A DNA stretch of 64,000 bases from assembly GCA_963707925.1 (NCBI GenBank), contig CAVPRT010000008.1:38409-102408 (forward strand). Reading direction: 5' to 3'. Below the pieces are notes generated by a model. It was given only the letters and a program-made list of their open reading frames with translations. It was not told where the DNA came from and did not search any database. Positions 41,309 through 50,543 of this stretch are shown here, piece by piece (position 1 is the stretch's first letter; every line of letters begins with the position of its first letter). The translations under genes were made by a program, and so were the position numbers. This DNA is from an uncultured Acidimicrobiales bacterium. Lineage in GTDB: Bacteria > Actinomycetota > Acidimicrobiia > Acidimicrobiales > Ilumatobacteraceae.

Positions 41309-41793
41309 TCGACGCGCTCTACCCGACCACTGCCGCGCTCGGAGCCGTGCAACACGAACCTGAAGCGGGTTTCGACTCCACCCTCCAGCCAAGCTCCGAC
41401 GGGGGTGTGCACCCATGGCGGGCTGGCCTGCAACAGGACCGAGGCCTCGGAGTGCGAGGCATGGCGGACCTCCTCGACGATGCCGTCGGGGTCGGCGAGC
41501 TTCACCTCGCCGACCACCTCGCCCACCTCCCAAGCCTCGACCCTCAGTCGCCAATCCATGTCTGGGGCGTCGACGATGACCGTGTAGCGCAGACCGGACC
41601 ACGACGACACGACCAGCCCGGTCTCCTCGAGCACCTCGCGGCGCAGGCCTTCGAGCAGGGTCTCGCCATGGTCGATCACCCCACCCGGTGGAGTCCATTC
41701 CAGCGTCTGGTCGCGCCTTCGGTTACCCACCAGAACCAGGCCGTCACCGTGCCGAATGAGGGCACCTCCGACCTGCCAACGACGCATGCCCAC
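41305..41793 (-). CDS. NUDIX hydrolase
   Basis: The Nudix box GGVIDHGETLLEGLRREVLEETGL fits GX5EX7REUXEEXGU. The start is the GTG at 41793 or the ATG at 41787. Confidence 0.85.
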   Translation of the reverse strand: MGMRRWQVGGALIRHGDGLVLVGNRRRDQTLEWTPPGGVIDHGETLLEGLRREVLEETGLVVSSWSGLRYTVIVDAPDMDWRLRVEAWEVGEVVGEVKLADPDGIVEEVRHASHSEASVLLQASPPWVHTPVGAWLEGGVETRFRFVLHGSERGSGRVERVE

Positions 41794-41804
41794 AATTGTG
41801 CCAC

Positions 41805-41820
41805 AAGAACAGGTGTTCGC
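41805..41820. promoter_or_regulatory. Candidate LexA (SOS/Cheo-type) box upstream of the NUDIX-dinB pair
   Basis: AAGAAC-AGGT-GTTCGC has a GAAC-N4-GTTC core and matches the actinobacterial consensus TCGAAC-N4-GTTCGA at 9 of 12 half-site positions. It lies 5 nt upstream of a CACAAT -10-like hexamer (41800-41795, minus strand). That hexamer sits 7 nt before the ATG at 41787. Confidence 0.5.
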
Positions 41821-41834
41821 AGCCCGGCGAACCG

Positions 41835-42539
41835 TCAGAACAGGCGGGCGGTGAGCTGCTTGCGGTAGGCGGCTGTGCGCGGGTCGTGGGGGCCCATCAA
41901 CTCGAGCAGGTCGAGGAACTGCTGGCGTGCTTCGTCGTCGGTCTTCACCTTGTCGAGCAGGGCGACCAGAGTGGCGTCGTGGTCGTCGTCGGGGTCCGCG
42001 TTGGTGCGGGCGAGGGCGGCGATCCGCCGAGTGCGATCGGACTCTGGGATGCGGGCGAGGAACTGCAGCGCCTGTTCGCCCTCACCACGGGCGACGAGCA
42101 GTTCAGCCAGACCGACGATGGCGTCCTCGTTGCCCGGGGCCAGTTCGAGCGCAGCGCGAAACGAACCCTCGGTGCCCTCGGCGATGAGCGCGGCCAGGGT
42201 GGCCTCCCCCTCGGTGGGGACAAGACCGGCGACGAACTCCTGGACGACGTGCTCGGGGTAGGCACCCATGAATGCGTCGACCACCTCGCCGCCCTTCATC
42301 GCGTACACCGCCGGGATCGACTGCACATTGAAGGCCTGGGCGATACCAGGGTTCTGGTCGGTGTCGACCTTGACCAACACCACCTTGCCATCGGTGGCAT
42401 CGACCACCTTCTCCAGGATCGGACCAAGGGTTTGGCAAGGGCCACACCACGGCGCCCAGAGATCGACGACCACCGGAACGGAGTGGGATCGATCGATGAC
42501 TTCGGCCTGGAAGGTTGCATCGGTTACGTCGATGGGCAT
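41835..42539 (-). CDS. Thioredoxin-domain protein with C-terminal TPR-like domain (YbbN/CnoX-like)
   Basis: VVVDLWAPWCGPCQTLGP is the WCGPC active site. It is followed by an alpha-helical TPR-like extension ending ...AAYRKQLTARLF. Confidence 0.85.
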   Translation of the reverse strand: MPIDVTDATFQAEVIDRSHSVPVVVDLWAPWCGPCQTLGPILEKVVDATDGKVVLVKVDTDQNPGIAQAFNVQSIPAVYAMKGGEVVDAFMGAYPEHVVQEFVAGLVPTEGEATLAALIAEGTEGSFRAALELAPGNEDAIVGLAELLVARGEGEQALQFLARIPESDRTRRIAALARTNADPDDDHDATLVALLDKVKTDDEARQQFLDLLELMGPHDPRTAAYRKQLTARLF

Positions 42540-42617
42540 GGGCGCACGATACCGCCGGGTCTGGCGCAGGCGGTGTGAGGCCGACTTGTCGGCGCCGCCG
42601 ACTGGGTGACCGCGACG

Positions 42618-43373
42618 TCACACCTCGTTGACGGCCTGCGCGATGGCGGCGGCGAAGCGATACGCCCCCGACGAATAGACCGCACAAGGCCCCGGAGGAG
42701 GTGAGCCAGGGCAGAAGTGCAGACCGTCGTCGTTGCGTACGACATTTGTTCCGGATGGGCCGCATTCGGCCTCGTCGCTCAAACACTGCAGGCTCTGAGC
42801 GAACGTGCCATCGGGGTTCTCGACGGCGGCGCCTGCGTCCACGAAGGAAGTGTCCATCGTGTCCGACAGCTCCACGTAGACGCCATTGACACCGGCCACC
42901 ACGTCGTCATCGTCGAAGGAAGCGGAGTGCACAGGTTGGCCGACGAGCAGAACCCGGGCACCGGCCGAGTGTGCCAGGTCGATCAGGACGGCGACGTCGG
43001 TTCGATACCGATCGACGATCGCCTCACCTTGCAGAAAGCCACCGACCCCATCGGACATGCACGGGGTCATCGAGTTTCCCGTGAAGGAGATCACCACCAC
43101 GCTGCCTTCGGTGATCTGCAGGTCATCCTCGAGCCAATCGCACGGCGCGGTCCCCCCGACATACCGCGACTCCAGGCTCGTGGATCCGAGGAGCTGCGCC
43201 AGGTAATGCGCGGCCTGCTCGGCCAAGGAATCCCCCACCAGGAAGACCATGCTTGCCTCCGGCACCGAGGGTGTCTCGCCGTCGGTTGGCGGATCAGCGG
43301 ACAAAGAACACGCCGACACAGCCACCGAAAGCGTCGCCGTGAGCGCTGCCAGCCGGGCCCTCCGTCGTTTCAC
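42618..43373 (-). CDS. SGNH/GDSL-like hydrolase lipoprotein
   Basis: GTG start at 43371-43373. VKRRRARLAALTATLSVAVSAC gives the lipobox. Block I is FLVGDSLAEQ (GDS), and the C-terminus carries a DxxH-like motif (RNDDGLHF). Confidence 0.65.
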   Translation of the reverse strand: MKRRRARLAALTATLSVAVSACSLSADPPTDGETPSVPEASMVFLVGDSLAEQAAHYLAQLLGSTSLESRYVGGTAPCDWLEDDLQITEGSVVVISFTGNSMTPCMSDGVGGFLQGEAIVDRYRTDVAVLIDLAHSAGARVLLVGQPVHSASFDDDDVVAGVNGVYVELSDTMDTSFVDAGAAVENPDGTFAQSLQCLSDEAECGPSGTNVVRNDDGLHFCPGSPPPGPCAVYSSGAYRFAAAIAQAVNEV

Positions 43374-43518
43374 CCGGTCCACAGTCGATCGGACTCGGAC
43401 TCGGGATCTGGCTGCCGGCGGCCGGACAGGAAGGCGACCGTTTGGAATATGGGACAGGCTAGTGCCCTCACCGCCGGGTCCTGCGCAGACGCCGTGATGC
43501 CGGTACGGTACGAAGCCG

Positions 43519-44583
43519 ATGAGTGATGTACCTGGTCCCGATGTCTCCGGTCTCGACGTACCCGGCGTCGACGTGCCCGGCGTCAGCAGGTGGCTCGAGC
43601 ACAACGTTCCCGGAGCCTGCGGACCGTTCTCCTTCGAGGCCATCGCCGGTGGTCACTCCAACCTCACCTACAGGGTCACCGGCAGCGACGGCACCCGGTT
43701 CGTGCTCCGCCGACCACCTCTCGGCCATGTGCTAGCCAGCGCCCACGACATGGGCCGTGAACACCGGATCATCAGCGGCCTACAGGCGTCGGCGGTCCCG
43801 GTTGCGCCCGCCCTCGGGTTCTGCTCCGATCTATCGATCAACGCCGCCCCGTTCTACGTGATGGGCTTCGTCGACGGTCACGTGCTGCGTGATCGGGCCA
43901 CCTGTGAGTCAGTGCTCACCCCGGCAGCGCGCCTCACCGCCAGTGAGTCGCTGGTCGACACGATGGCCGCAATACATGCCGTCGATCTCGAGTCCGCCGG
44001 CCTCACCGACCTCGGCCGCCACGAGGGCTACATCGCCCGGCAGCTGAAGAGGTGGTACGGCCAGTGGAACCAGCAGAAGACTCGCGAACTGGCCGCCGTC
44101 GACCGAGTTCACGATGCACTTCTCGGCCGGATACCAGACCAGGGGCCGGCCACGATCGTGCACGGCGACTACCGCCTCGACAACACGATGGTGGGCAGCG
44201 ACGGCCACGTCCTGGCAGTGCTGGACTGGGAGATCTGTACCCTCGGCGACCCCCTCGCCGATGTCGGCCTGCTCCAGGTGTATTGGACAGGACCAAACGA
44301 CGAGACCTCGGCGTGGACCGGCTCGGCCACGAGTGCGGCAGGCTTCCTCGACCGGGCCCAGGTTGCCGAGCGCTACGCCAAGGTCAGCGGCCGCGACCTA
44401 ACCGACCTGCCCTTCTACGTCGCGTTCGCCTACTGGAAACTCGCCTGCATCCTCGAAGGCGTGTACGCCCGCTACCTGGGCGGGGCGCTCGGCGCCCGCG
44501 ACGCCGCCGAACTGGAACCCTTCAAGCTCCAGGTCGATGCCGCTGCAGCCAGCGCTGAGCAGAACCTGGAAGGTCTCCGATGA
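43519..44583 (+). CDS. Phosphotransferase-family protein (APH-like kinase fold, ACAD10/11 N-terminal-domain type)
   Basis: GGHSNLTYRV..., the Brenner motif IVHGDYRLDNTMV, and LDWEICTLGDPLADV. Intact 354-aa ORF. Confidence 0.8.
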   Translation: MSDVPGPDVSGLDVPGVDVPGVSRWLEHNVPGACGPFSFEAIAGGHSNLTYRVTGSDGTRFVLRRPPLGHVLASAHDMGREHRIISGLQASAVPVAPALGFCSDLSINAAPFYVMGFVDGHVLRDRATCESVLTPAARLTASESLVDTMAAIHAVDLESAGLTDLGRHEGYIARQLKRWYGQWNQQKTRELAAVDRVHDALLGRIPDQGPATIVHGDYRLDNTMVGSDGHVLAVLDWEICTLGDPLADVGLLQVYWTGPNDETSAWTGSATSAAGFLDRAQVAERYAKVSGRDLTDLPFYVAFAYWKLACILEGVYARYLGGALGARDAAELEPFKLQVDAAAASAEQNLEGLR

Positions 44584-45455
44584 CCTCTCCCTATGTCGTG
44601 CACGGCGAACTGCCCGTGCTCGACCGGCCCGTGCTCGTGGTCTCTCTGCACGGGTGGATCGACGCCAGCGGCGCCGCCGCCGCGGCCGTGGCGACCATCG
44701 ATCTGGAGTGCAGCACCACCCCCCTGGCCACCTTCGACAGTGACTCCTTCATCGACTATCGGGTGAGGCGGCCGATGATGGAGCTGCGCGACGGGGTCAG
44801 CACCAGGCTGGTGTGGAGCGAGATCGTGATGAAGCAGGGCAGCGACGCCGAGGGCCATCCGGTGCTCACCCTCACCGGCCCCGAGCCCGACTCCCAGTGG
44901 CGAGCCTTCGCCCGGGCGGTCAGTGAGCTGGCTCTGAAACTCGGCGTGTACCAGATGGTGGCTCTCGGCTCCTACCCCGTCGCCTCACCCCACACCCGCC
45001 CGCCGCGCCTTGCCAGCACCTCACCGTCGGCCGATGTGGTGGCTGCGGTGCCCTTCGTGAAGAGCAGCGTCGACGCTCCGGCGGGTATGAGCGCCGTGCT
45101 GGAGCACGCTCTCACCGAGGCCGGCATCGCCTCTCTCGGCATCTGGGTTCAGGTGCCTCACTATGTGAGCGCGATGAGCTACCCCGCCGCCTCCTCGGCC
45201 CTGCTCGCCGGGCTCCGCGAGGCCACCGGCATCACCGTGCGCGGCGCCGGGCTGGCCGACGACGCCGAGGTGCAGCTCCGTCGGATCGACGACCTCGTGG
45301 CGGCAAACGCCGACCATACGGCGATGGTCCGCCAACTGGAGACGGCCTACGACGAGGCAGCCGAGCAGACCCTATTGCTGGACTCCACAGACCTGCCCAC
45401 AGGCGACGATCTCGCCGCCGAGTTCGAACGGTTCCTTCGCGACCAGCCCGAGTAG
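44580..45455 (+). CDS. PAC2-family (proteasome assembly chaperone 2-like) protein
   Basis: The ATG overlaps the upstream stop (ATGA). RPVLVVSLHGWIDASGAAAAAV...LTLTGPEPDSQWRAF...GIWVQVPHYV resembles actinobacterial PAC2 proteins. Confidence 0.7.
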   Translation: MTSPYVVHGELPVLDRPVLVVSLHGWIDASGAAAAAVATIDLECSTTPLATFDSDSFIDYRVRRPMMELRDGVSTRLVWSEIVMKQGSDAEGHPVLTLTGPEPDSQWRAFARAVSELALKLGVYQMVALGSYPVASPHTRPPRLASTSPSADVVAAVPFVKSSVDAPAGMSAVLEHALTEAGIASLGIWVQVPHYVSAMSYPAASSALLAGLREATGITVRGAGLADDAEVQLRRIDDLVAANADHTAMVRQLETAYDEAAEQTLLLDSTDLPTGDDLAAEFERFLRDQPE

Positions 45456-45491
45456 GCTCGCCCGCCGGACACACGGCACTAGGAGATATAG

Positions 45492-46512
45492 ATGAAGATC
45501 GACGGCTACTTGGGAACGGACCTCTCCATGGTGGGCGCCCAAGCAAGAGAGTTCGAGGCAACCGGCTACAGCGGGGTCTGGACCGTCGAGGGTGCCCACG
45601 ATCCCTTCCTGCCTCTGCTTCTCGCTGCCGAGCACACCAGCGACATCGAGTTGGGCACGGCGATCGCCGTCGCGTTCGCCCGCAACCCGATGCTGCTCGC
45701 CAACATCGGCTGGGACCTACAAGCCTTCTCCAAAGGCCGCTTCATCCTCGGCCTCGGCAGCCAGATCAAACCCCACATCACCAAGCGCTTCAGCATGGAG
45801 TGGAGCCACCCCGCCGCCCGCATGCGAGAACTGATCCTCGCCGTGCGAGCCATCTGGGACACCTGGGAGAACGGCACCCCGCTGGACTTCCGCGGCGACT
45901 TCTACACCCACACCCTGATGACCCCGTTCTTCGCCCCGGAGCCGCGCCGAACTCGCCGGATTCGGAGTACCCAAGATCCACCTCGCCGGTGTAGGAACCA
46001 TGATGACCGAGGTGGCCGGCGAGGTGTGCGACGGCTTCTTGTGCCACCCGTTCACCACCGAGAAGTATCTGCGCGAGGTCACCCTCCCCGCTCTCGCTCG
46101 CGGCCGAGCCAAGGTGGGCAAGACCATGGAGGGGTTCGAAATGATCGGCCCCGGTTTCGTGGTCACCGGCACCACCGCCGAGCAGATCGAAGCCGCCGCC
46201 GCCGGTACCCGCCAGCAGATCGCGTTCTACGGCAGCACCCCCGCCTATCGCGGAGTACTCGAACTGCACGGATGGGGCGACCTGCAGACTGAGCTCAACA
46301 CCTTGTCCAAGCAGGGAGCCTGGGTCGAGATGGGCAAGCTGATCACCGACGAGATCCTCGAAGCCTTCGCCATCGTCGCCGAGCCCGAGCAGATCGCGCC
46401 GAAGCTGCACGAGCGTTACGGCGACGTCATCCATCGGATCAGCTTCTACGCCCCCTACAAGAGCGACCCCGAGCGTTGGGCGAAGGTCCTCGCCGACATG
46501 CGCGCCAGCTGA
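45492..46512 (+). CDS. LLM-class (luciferase-like) F420-dependent oxidoreductase, tandem copy 1; 1 frameshift as sequenced
   Basis: MKIDGYLG...GYSGVWTVEGAHDPFLPLLLAAEHTSDIELGTAIAVAFARNP...KPHITKRFSMEWSHPAARMREL.... The frame breaks near 45940-45950, where an extra base relative to copy 2 sits in gagCcgcgcc. It continues ...GVGTMMTEVAGEVCDGFLCHPFTTEKYL... to the stop at 46512. Confidence 0.8.
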
Positions 46513-46568
46513 GAGCGCCGCTGCAAGCGCAAGTAGCGTCTGCGTCACATGGACAGGGAGGGGCGAGG

Positions 46569-47589
46569 ATGAAGGTCGACGGAGGCATCGGTGGTGGCCT
46601 GAGCGGAGTGGGACGCCAGGCGAAAGAACTCGAGGACGCGGGGTACAGCGGGGTCTGGACGGCGGAGACCGCCCACGATCCCTTCCTGCCTCTGCTTCTC
46701 GCTGCCGAGCACACCAGCGACATCGAGTTGGGCACCTCGATCGCCGTCGCCTTCGCCCGCAACCCGATGCTGCTCGCCAACATCGGCTGGGACCTCCAAG
46801 CCTTCTCCAAAGGCCGCTTCATCCTCGGCCTCGGCAGCCAGATCAAACCCCACATCACCAAGCGCTTCAGCATGGAATGGAGCCACCCCGCGGCCCGCAT
46901 GCGGAGCTGATCCAGGCCATCAGGGCCATCTGGGACACGCTGGGAGAACGGCACCCCGCTGAACTTTCGCGGCGACTTCTACACCCACACCCTGATGACC
47001 CCGTTCTTCTCCCCCGACCGCGCCGAACTCGCCGGATTCGGAGTACCCAAGATCTTCCTCGCCGGAGTGGGAACCATGATGACCGAGGTCGCCGGCGAGG
47101 TGTGCGACGGCTTTCTGTGCCACGGCTTCACCACCGAGAGGTACCTGCGCGAGGTCACCCTGCCCGCCCTCGCTCGCGGCCGGGCCAAGGCCGGCAAGAC
47201 GATGGACGGGTTCGAGGTCGTCGGACCGAGCTTCGTCGTGACCGGCACCAACGAAGAGGAGATGGCCGCTGCCGCAGAGGGCACGCGCCAGCAGATCGCG
47301 TTCTACGGCAGCACCCCTGCCTATCGCGGAGTACTCGAACTGCACGGCTGGGGCGACCTGCAGGCCGAGCTCAACGCCTTGTCCAAGCAGGGGGCTTGGG
47401 TCGAGATGGGCAAGCTGATCACCGACGAGGTGCTGCACACCTTTGCCGTCGTCGGCGAGCCCGAGAAGATCGCCCCCGAACTCCACCGCCGCTTCGGCGA
47501 CGTCGTCGCAGCGGATCAGCTTCTACGCGCCATACAAGAGCGACCCGGCCCGCTGGGCGAAGGTCCTCGCCGACCTGGGCGCCGCCTGA
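46569..47589 (+). CDS. LLM-class F420-dependent oxidoreductase, tandem copy 2; 3 frameshifts as sequenced
   Basis: MKVDGGIGGGLSGVGRQAKELEDAGYSGVWTAETAHDPF.... It is collinear with copy 1 at an exact offset of 1077 nt at the 5' end. Frame breaks lie near 46900, 46937 and 47510. The C-terminus RISFYAPYKSDPARWAKVLADLGAA ends at the TGA at 47587-47589. Confidence 0.8.
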
Positions 47590-47601
47590 GGGCGTTCACC
47601 G

Positions 47602-47680
47602 CTACCGGCACGGATTTGTGTGAGCGCACAGACACAACGTTCGGTCTGTGCGCTCACACAAATCGGCCATTGACGCCTTC
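47602..47680 (+). repeat. 79-bp palindromic intergenic element, copy A (21-bp perfect hairpin stem)
   Basis: GATTTGTGTGAGCGCACAGAC (47613-47633), loop acaacgttcg, GTCTGTGCGCTCACACAAATC (47644-47664). The whole 79 bp recurs at 57902-57980 with 3 mismatches. It starts 12 nt after the LLM copy-2 stop. Confidence 0.9.
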
Positions 47681-47725
47681 GGCCCTGACAACGCCGGATC
47701 AGAGACGGGCGTCGCCGCCCGCCGG

Positions 47726-47741
47726 AGGAACATCTGTTCGA
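47726..47741. promoter_or_regulatory. Candidate LexA (SOS) box upstream of the UvrD-like helicase
   Basis: AGGAAC-ATCT-GTTCGA has a perfect right half-site (GTTCGA) and a GAAC-N4-GTTC core. It abuts a TACACT -10-like hexamer (47742-47747). That hexamer lies 7 nt before the helicase GTG at 47755. Confidence 0.5.
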
Positions 47742-47754
47742 TACACTCTCGGCC

Positions 47755-50543
47755 GTGACCGCCGGCCGACAAACCTCCATCCCCTGCGTGTACTGCGGCC
47801 ACTCCCACGGCTCCGCGGGTGAGGTGCGCGACTGCTGGCAGGCCCACTCCGGCGTCGAGGCGGAGCCCGCTACTGAGCCCGCGGCAACGGTTGCAAGGGG
47901 TCCGCGGGAGCTGGGGCGCAACCTCCTCGTCGAGCGGGGTTGTCCGGTGCCCGAGGGTTGGGGCGATGCACCCCACCTCATGGTCGTCCTCGACGACCCC
48001 GACGCTCATCGCCGTCCTGCAGGGCCACGCTCACACCCGCACCGGCTGTGTGCTCGAGGTGCCGTCCGGCTTCACCTTCGAGCCACCGTCCACTGTCGTC
48101 ACCTCTCCCCTGCATGATCTCGGCCCGCGCTTCGAGCTCACCGCCGACACCGTCCACCACCTCCTCACCACCAACACCATCGACGGGCGCGGTCCGGGTG
48201 GGTTCTCACTCCTCAGCTCTGCTCTCCGGCTCGGTGCCCGTCCAGTGGCCGACGGGCGCGGCGAAGCCGAGTTGCCCGACGGCAGCCGTGCCTGGCTCGA
48301 CGGCGGGCCGCCCCGGTACACGCCACCGATCGACGGTGTGGCTGTACTTCACCGGGTGGCTATCGAGCACGGTTCGCTCAGCCTGCCTCTCGGCAATGCC
48401 ACCACTGCCGAACTCGCCCCCGATCAACTCGAAGCTGTCGTCCACCCCGGGGGAAGCGCCCGGATCATCGCCCCCGCCGGCTCGGGCAAGACCCGTGTGC
48501 TCACCGAGCGCGCCCGCCACCTGATCACCCAGTGGCAGGTACCACCGTCGGCCGTGTGCCTGGTGGCGTTCAACAAGCGGGCCCAGGAGGAAATGGCGGA
48601 GCGCACCTCCGACCTTCCCCGGCTCCAGGTGCGCACCCTCAACTCCATCGCCCTTGCCGTGCTCAACGGCTCGGCACCCTTCGCTACCCAGCCCACGAGG
48701 TTCACCACGATCGACGAACCCGAGGTCAGACGACTGATCGGCAAGCTGGTCAAGTTCCCCCGCAAGCTCAACGCCGACCCCGTGGCCACCTGGCTCGAGG
48801 CCCTGTCGCTGGCCCGACTCGGGCTGCGCTCCCCCGAGTCCGTCGAATCGCTCTACGAGGGTGAGGTCGAGGGCTTCGCCGAGGTCCTCCCCAAGTACCG
48901 GGCGGCGCTGGCGGCACAGGGCGCGGTCGACTACGACGAACAGGTCGTGGGCGCGATCGAAGTGCTTCTCACCCAGCCCTCAGCACGGGCTGCCGCTCAG
49001 CGAGCCTGCCGCTTCCTCCTCGTCGACGAGTTCCAGGACCTCACCCCGGCCCACCTCCTACTCGTCCGGCTCCTCGCCGGGCCCGGGGGTGGAGTGTTCG
49101 GGGTGGGCGACGACGACCAGACCATCTACGGGTACAACGGGGCCGACCCGGCCTGGCTGATCGACTTCGCCAACATCTTCCCCGGCGCCGGCGAGCACCC
49201 CCTCGAGGTGAACTACCGCTGCCCCGGCGGCATCGTCAGAGCAGCCGACACCTTGTTGCGCCACAATCGCCGGCGCGTGGCCAAGGTCATCCGTTCGGCC
49301 AAGCCGGGCCACGACGGCTTCCGCGTCGCAGCCGCCGAGGGCGACTCGGTTGCCGCCACGGTGGCCGCGATCACCACCGCCGTCGCTGCCGGGGTACCGG
49401 CGGCCGACATCGCCGTGCTCACCCGGGTCAACTCGCTTCTCGCTCCCGTGCAGGTGGCGCTACATGCGGCTGGCGTTCCCACCTCCGGCGGGGTGGGCAG
49501 CGACTTCACGCAGCGCACCTCTGTCAGGGCCGCCCTGGCCTGGTTACGCCTGGCCACCGGCGGTGGCGCATTCGACCCCACCGACCTGGCCGAGGCCCTT
49601 CGCCGGCCGTCGCGTTCCCTGCACCCGCGCATCGCCACCTGGGTTGCCGAGCAGAGCTCCGTGGCCGGCCTGCGCCGATTGGCCGGGCGGATCAACACCG
49701 AGCGCGACTCGGAGCGTGTCGAAGGCTTCGCCACCGACATCGAACGCCTTTCGCTCCTCGCCGCCGGCGGTGGCACCACCGCCGCCGTGCTCGGCTCGCT
49801 GCGCGACCAGATGGGGTTGGCCACCAGCATCGCCACCCTCGATCTCCATCGCCGGGGCATGAATCGCACCGCCCAGAGCGACGACCTCACCGCCTTGGCC
49901 CAACTGGCCACCCTGCATCCCGACCCCAGCACCTTCGAGGCCTGGCTGCGCCGGGCACTTGGAGCACGCTGGCAGGCAGGCGGGGTAACCCTGGCCACGG
50001 TGCACCGGGTGAAGGGCCAGGAGTGGCCTCTGGTCGTCGTCCACCACGCCGAGGCCGACCAGTTCCCCCACCGCCTCGCCGACGACGAAGAGGAAGAGCG
50101 GCGCCTCTTCCACGTGGCCATCACCCGGGCATCGGGCGAAGTGCTGGTGGTGCCCTCCGATCAGCCGTCGCCGTTCATCCTCGACTGCACCACCGAGCCG
50201 AGTACGCGGCCGGCGGCGCCGGCGACGTCCACCACCAGTCGCACCCCAGCCGGCCGTGGGCGGGCCACAGCTCCGAGCGCCACCAAGCCGGGCGAGGGCC
50301 TCACTGGCGACCAGGCCTCCCTGTTCGAGGCGCTGCGCGTCCTGCGCCGTCAGCTTGCCGCGGGCAAGCCCGCGTTCACCGTGCTGCCCGACAGCGCCCT
50401 GCACGACATCGCCCGGGTTCGCCCCACCTCTCTCGATGAGCTTGGCTGCGGTGAAGGGTGTCGGCCCGGCGAAGCTGAAGCAGTACGGGCCGGCCATCCT
50501 GGCCGAGATCGCCGAGATCGCCGCTGTCGCCGAGAAGGGCTAG
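47755..50543 (+). CDS. UvrD/Rep-family (SF1) DNA helicase with C-terminal HRDC domain and about 200-aa N-terminal extension; 2 frameshifts as sequenced
   Basis: The N-terminus is MTAGRQTSIPCVYCGHSHGSAGEVRDCW and the frame breaks near 47995-48005. Walker A is IIAPAGSGKTRVLTERA; other motifs are LLVDEFQDLTP, GDDDQTIYGYNG and TVHRVKGQEWP. The HRDC-like tail is LFEALRVLRRQLAAGKPAFTVLPDSALHDIARVRPTSLDEL, where the frame breaks again near 50440-50450. It continues AAVKGVGPAKLKQYGPAILAEI. Confidence 0.85.

Noticed and set aside
43519-43585. Short imperfect repeat at the 5' end of the phosphotransferase gene (gacgtacccggcgtc / gacgtgcccggcgtc, encoding DVPG-type repeats). The same sequence gives PGTS repeats in the antisense ORF.
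   Set aside because: There are only 2-3 copies and they lie inside a disordered N-terminal extension. There is no evidence of function, and the antisense ORF (the part of 42618-43643 upstream of 43373) is not the real start of the SGNH lipoprotein gene.
47613-47664. The stem arms contain TGTGAGCGC and GCGCTCACA, identical to the half-sites of the symmetric lac operator (AATTGTGAGCGCTCACAATT). This suggested a LacI/GalR-family operator.
   Set aside because: The half-sites are separated by about 24 nt instead of being abutted. No LacI-family regulator or sugar operon is adjacent. The resemblance is most simply a by-product of a long palindrome. I keep it only as a remote possibility.
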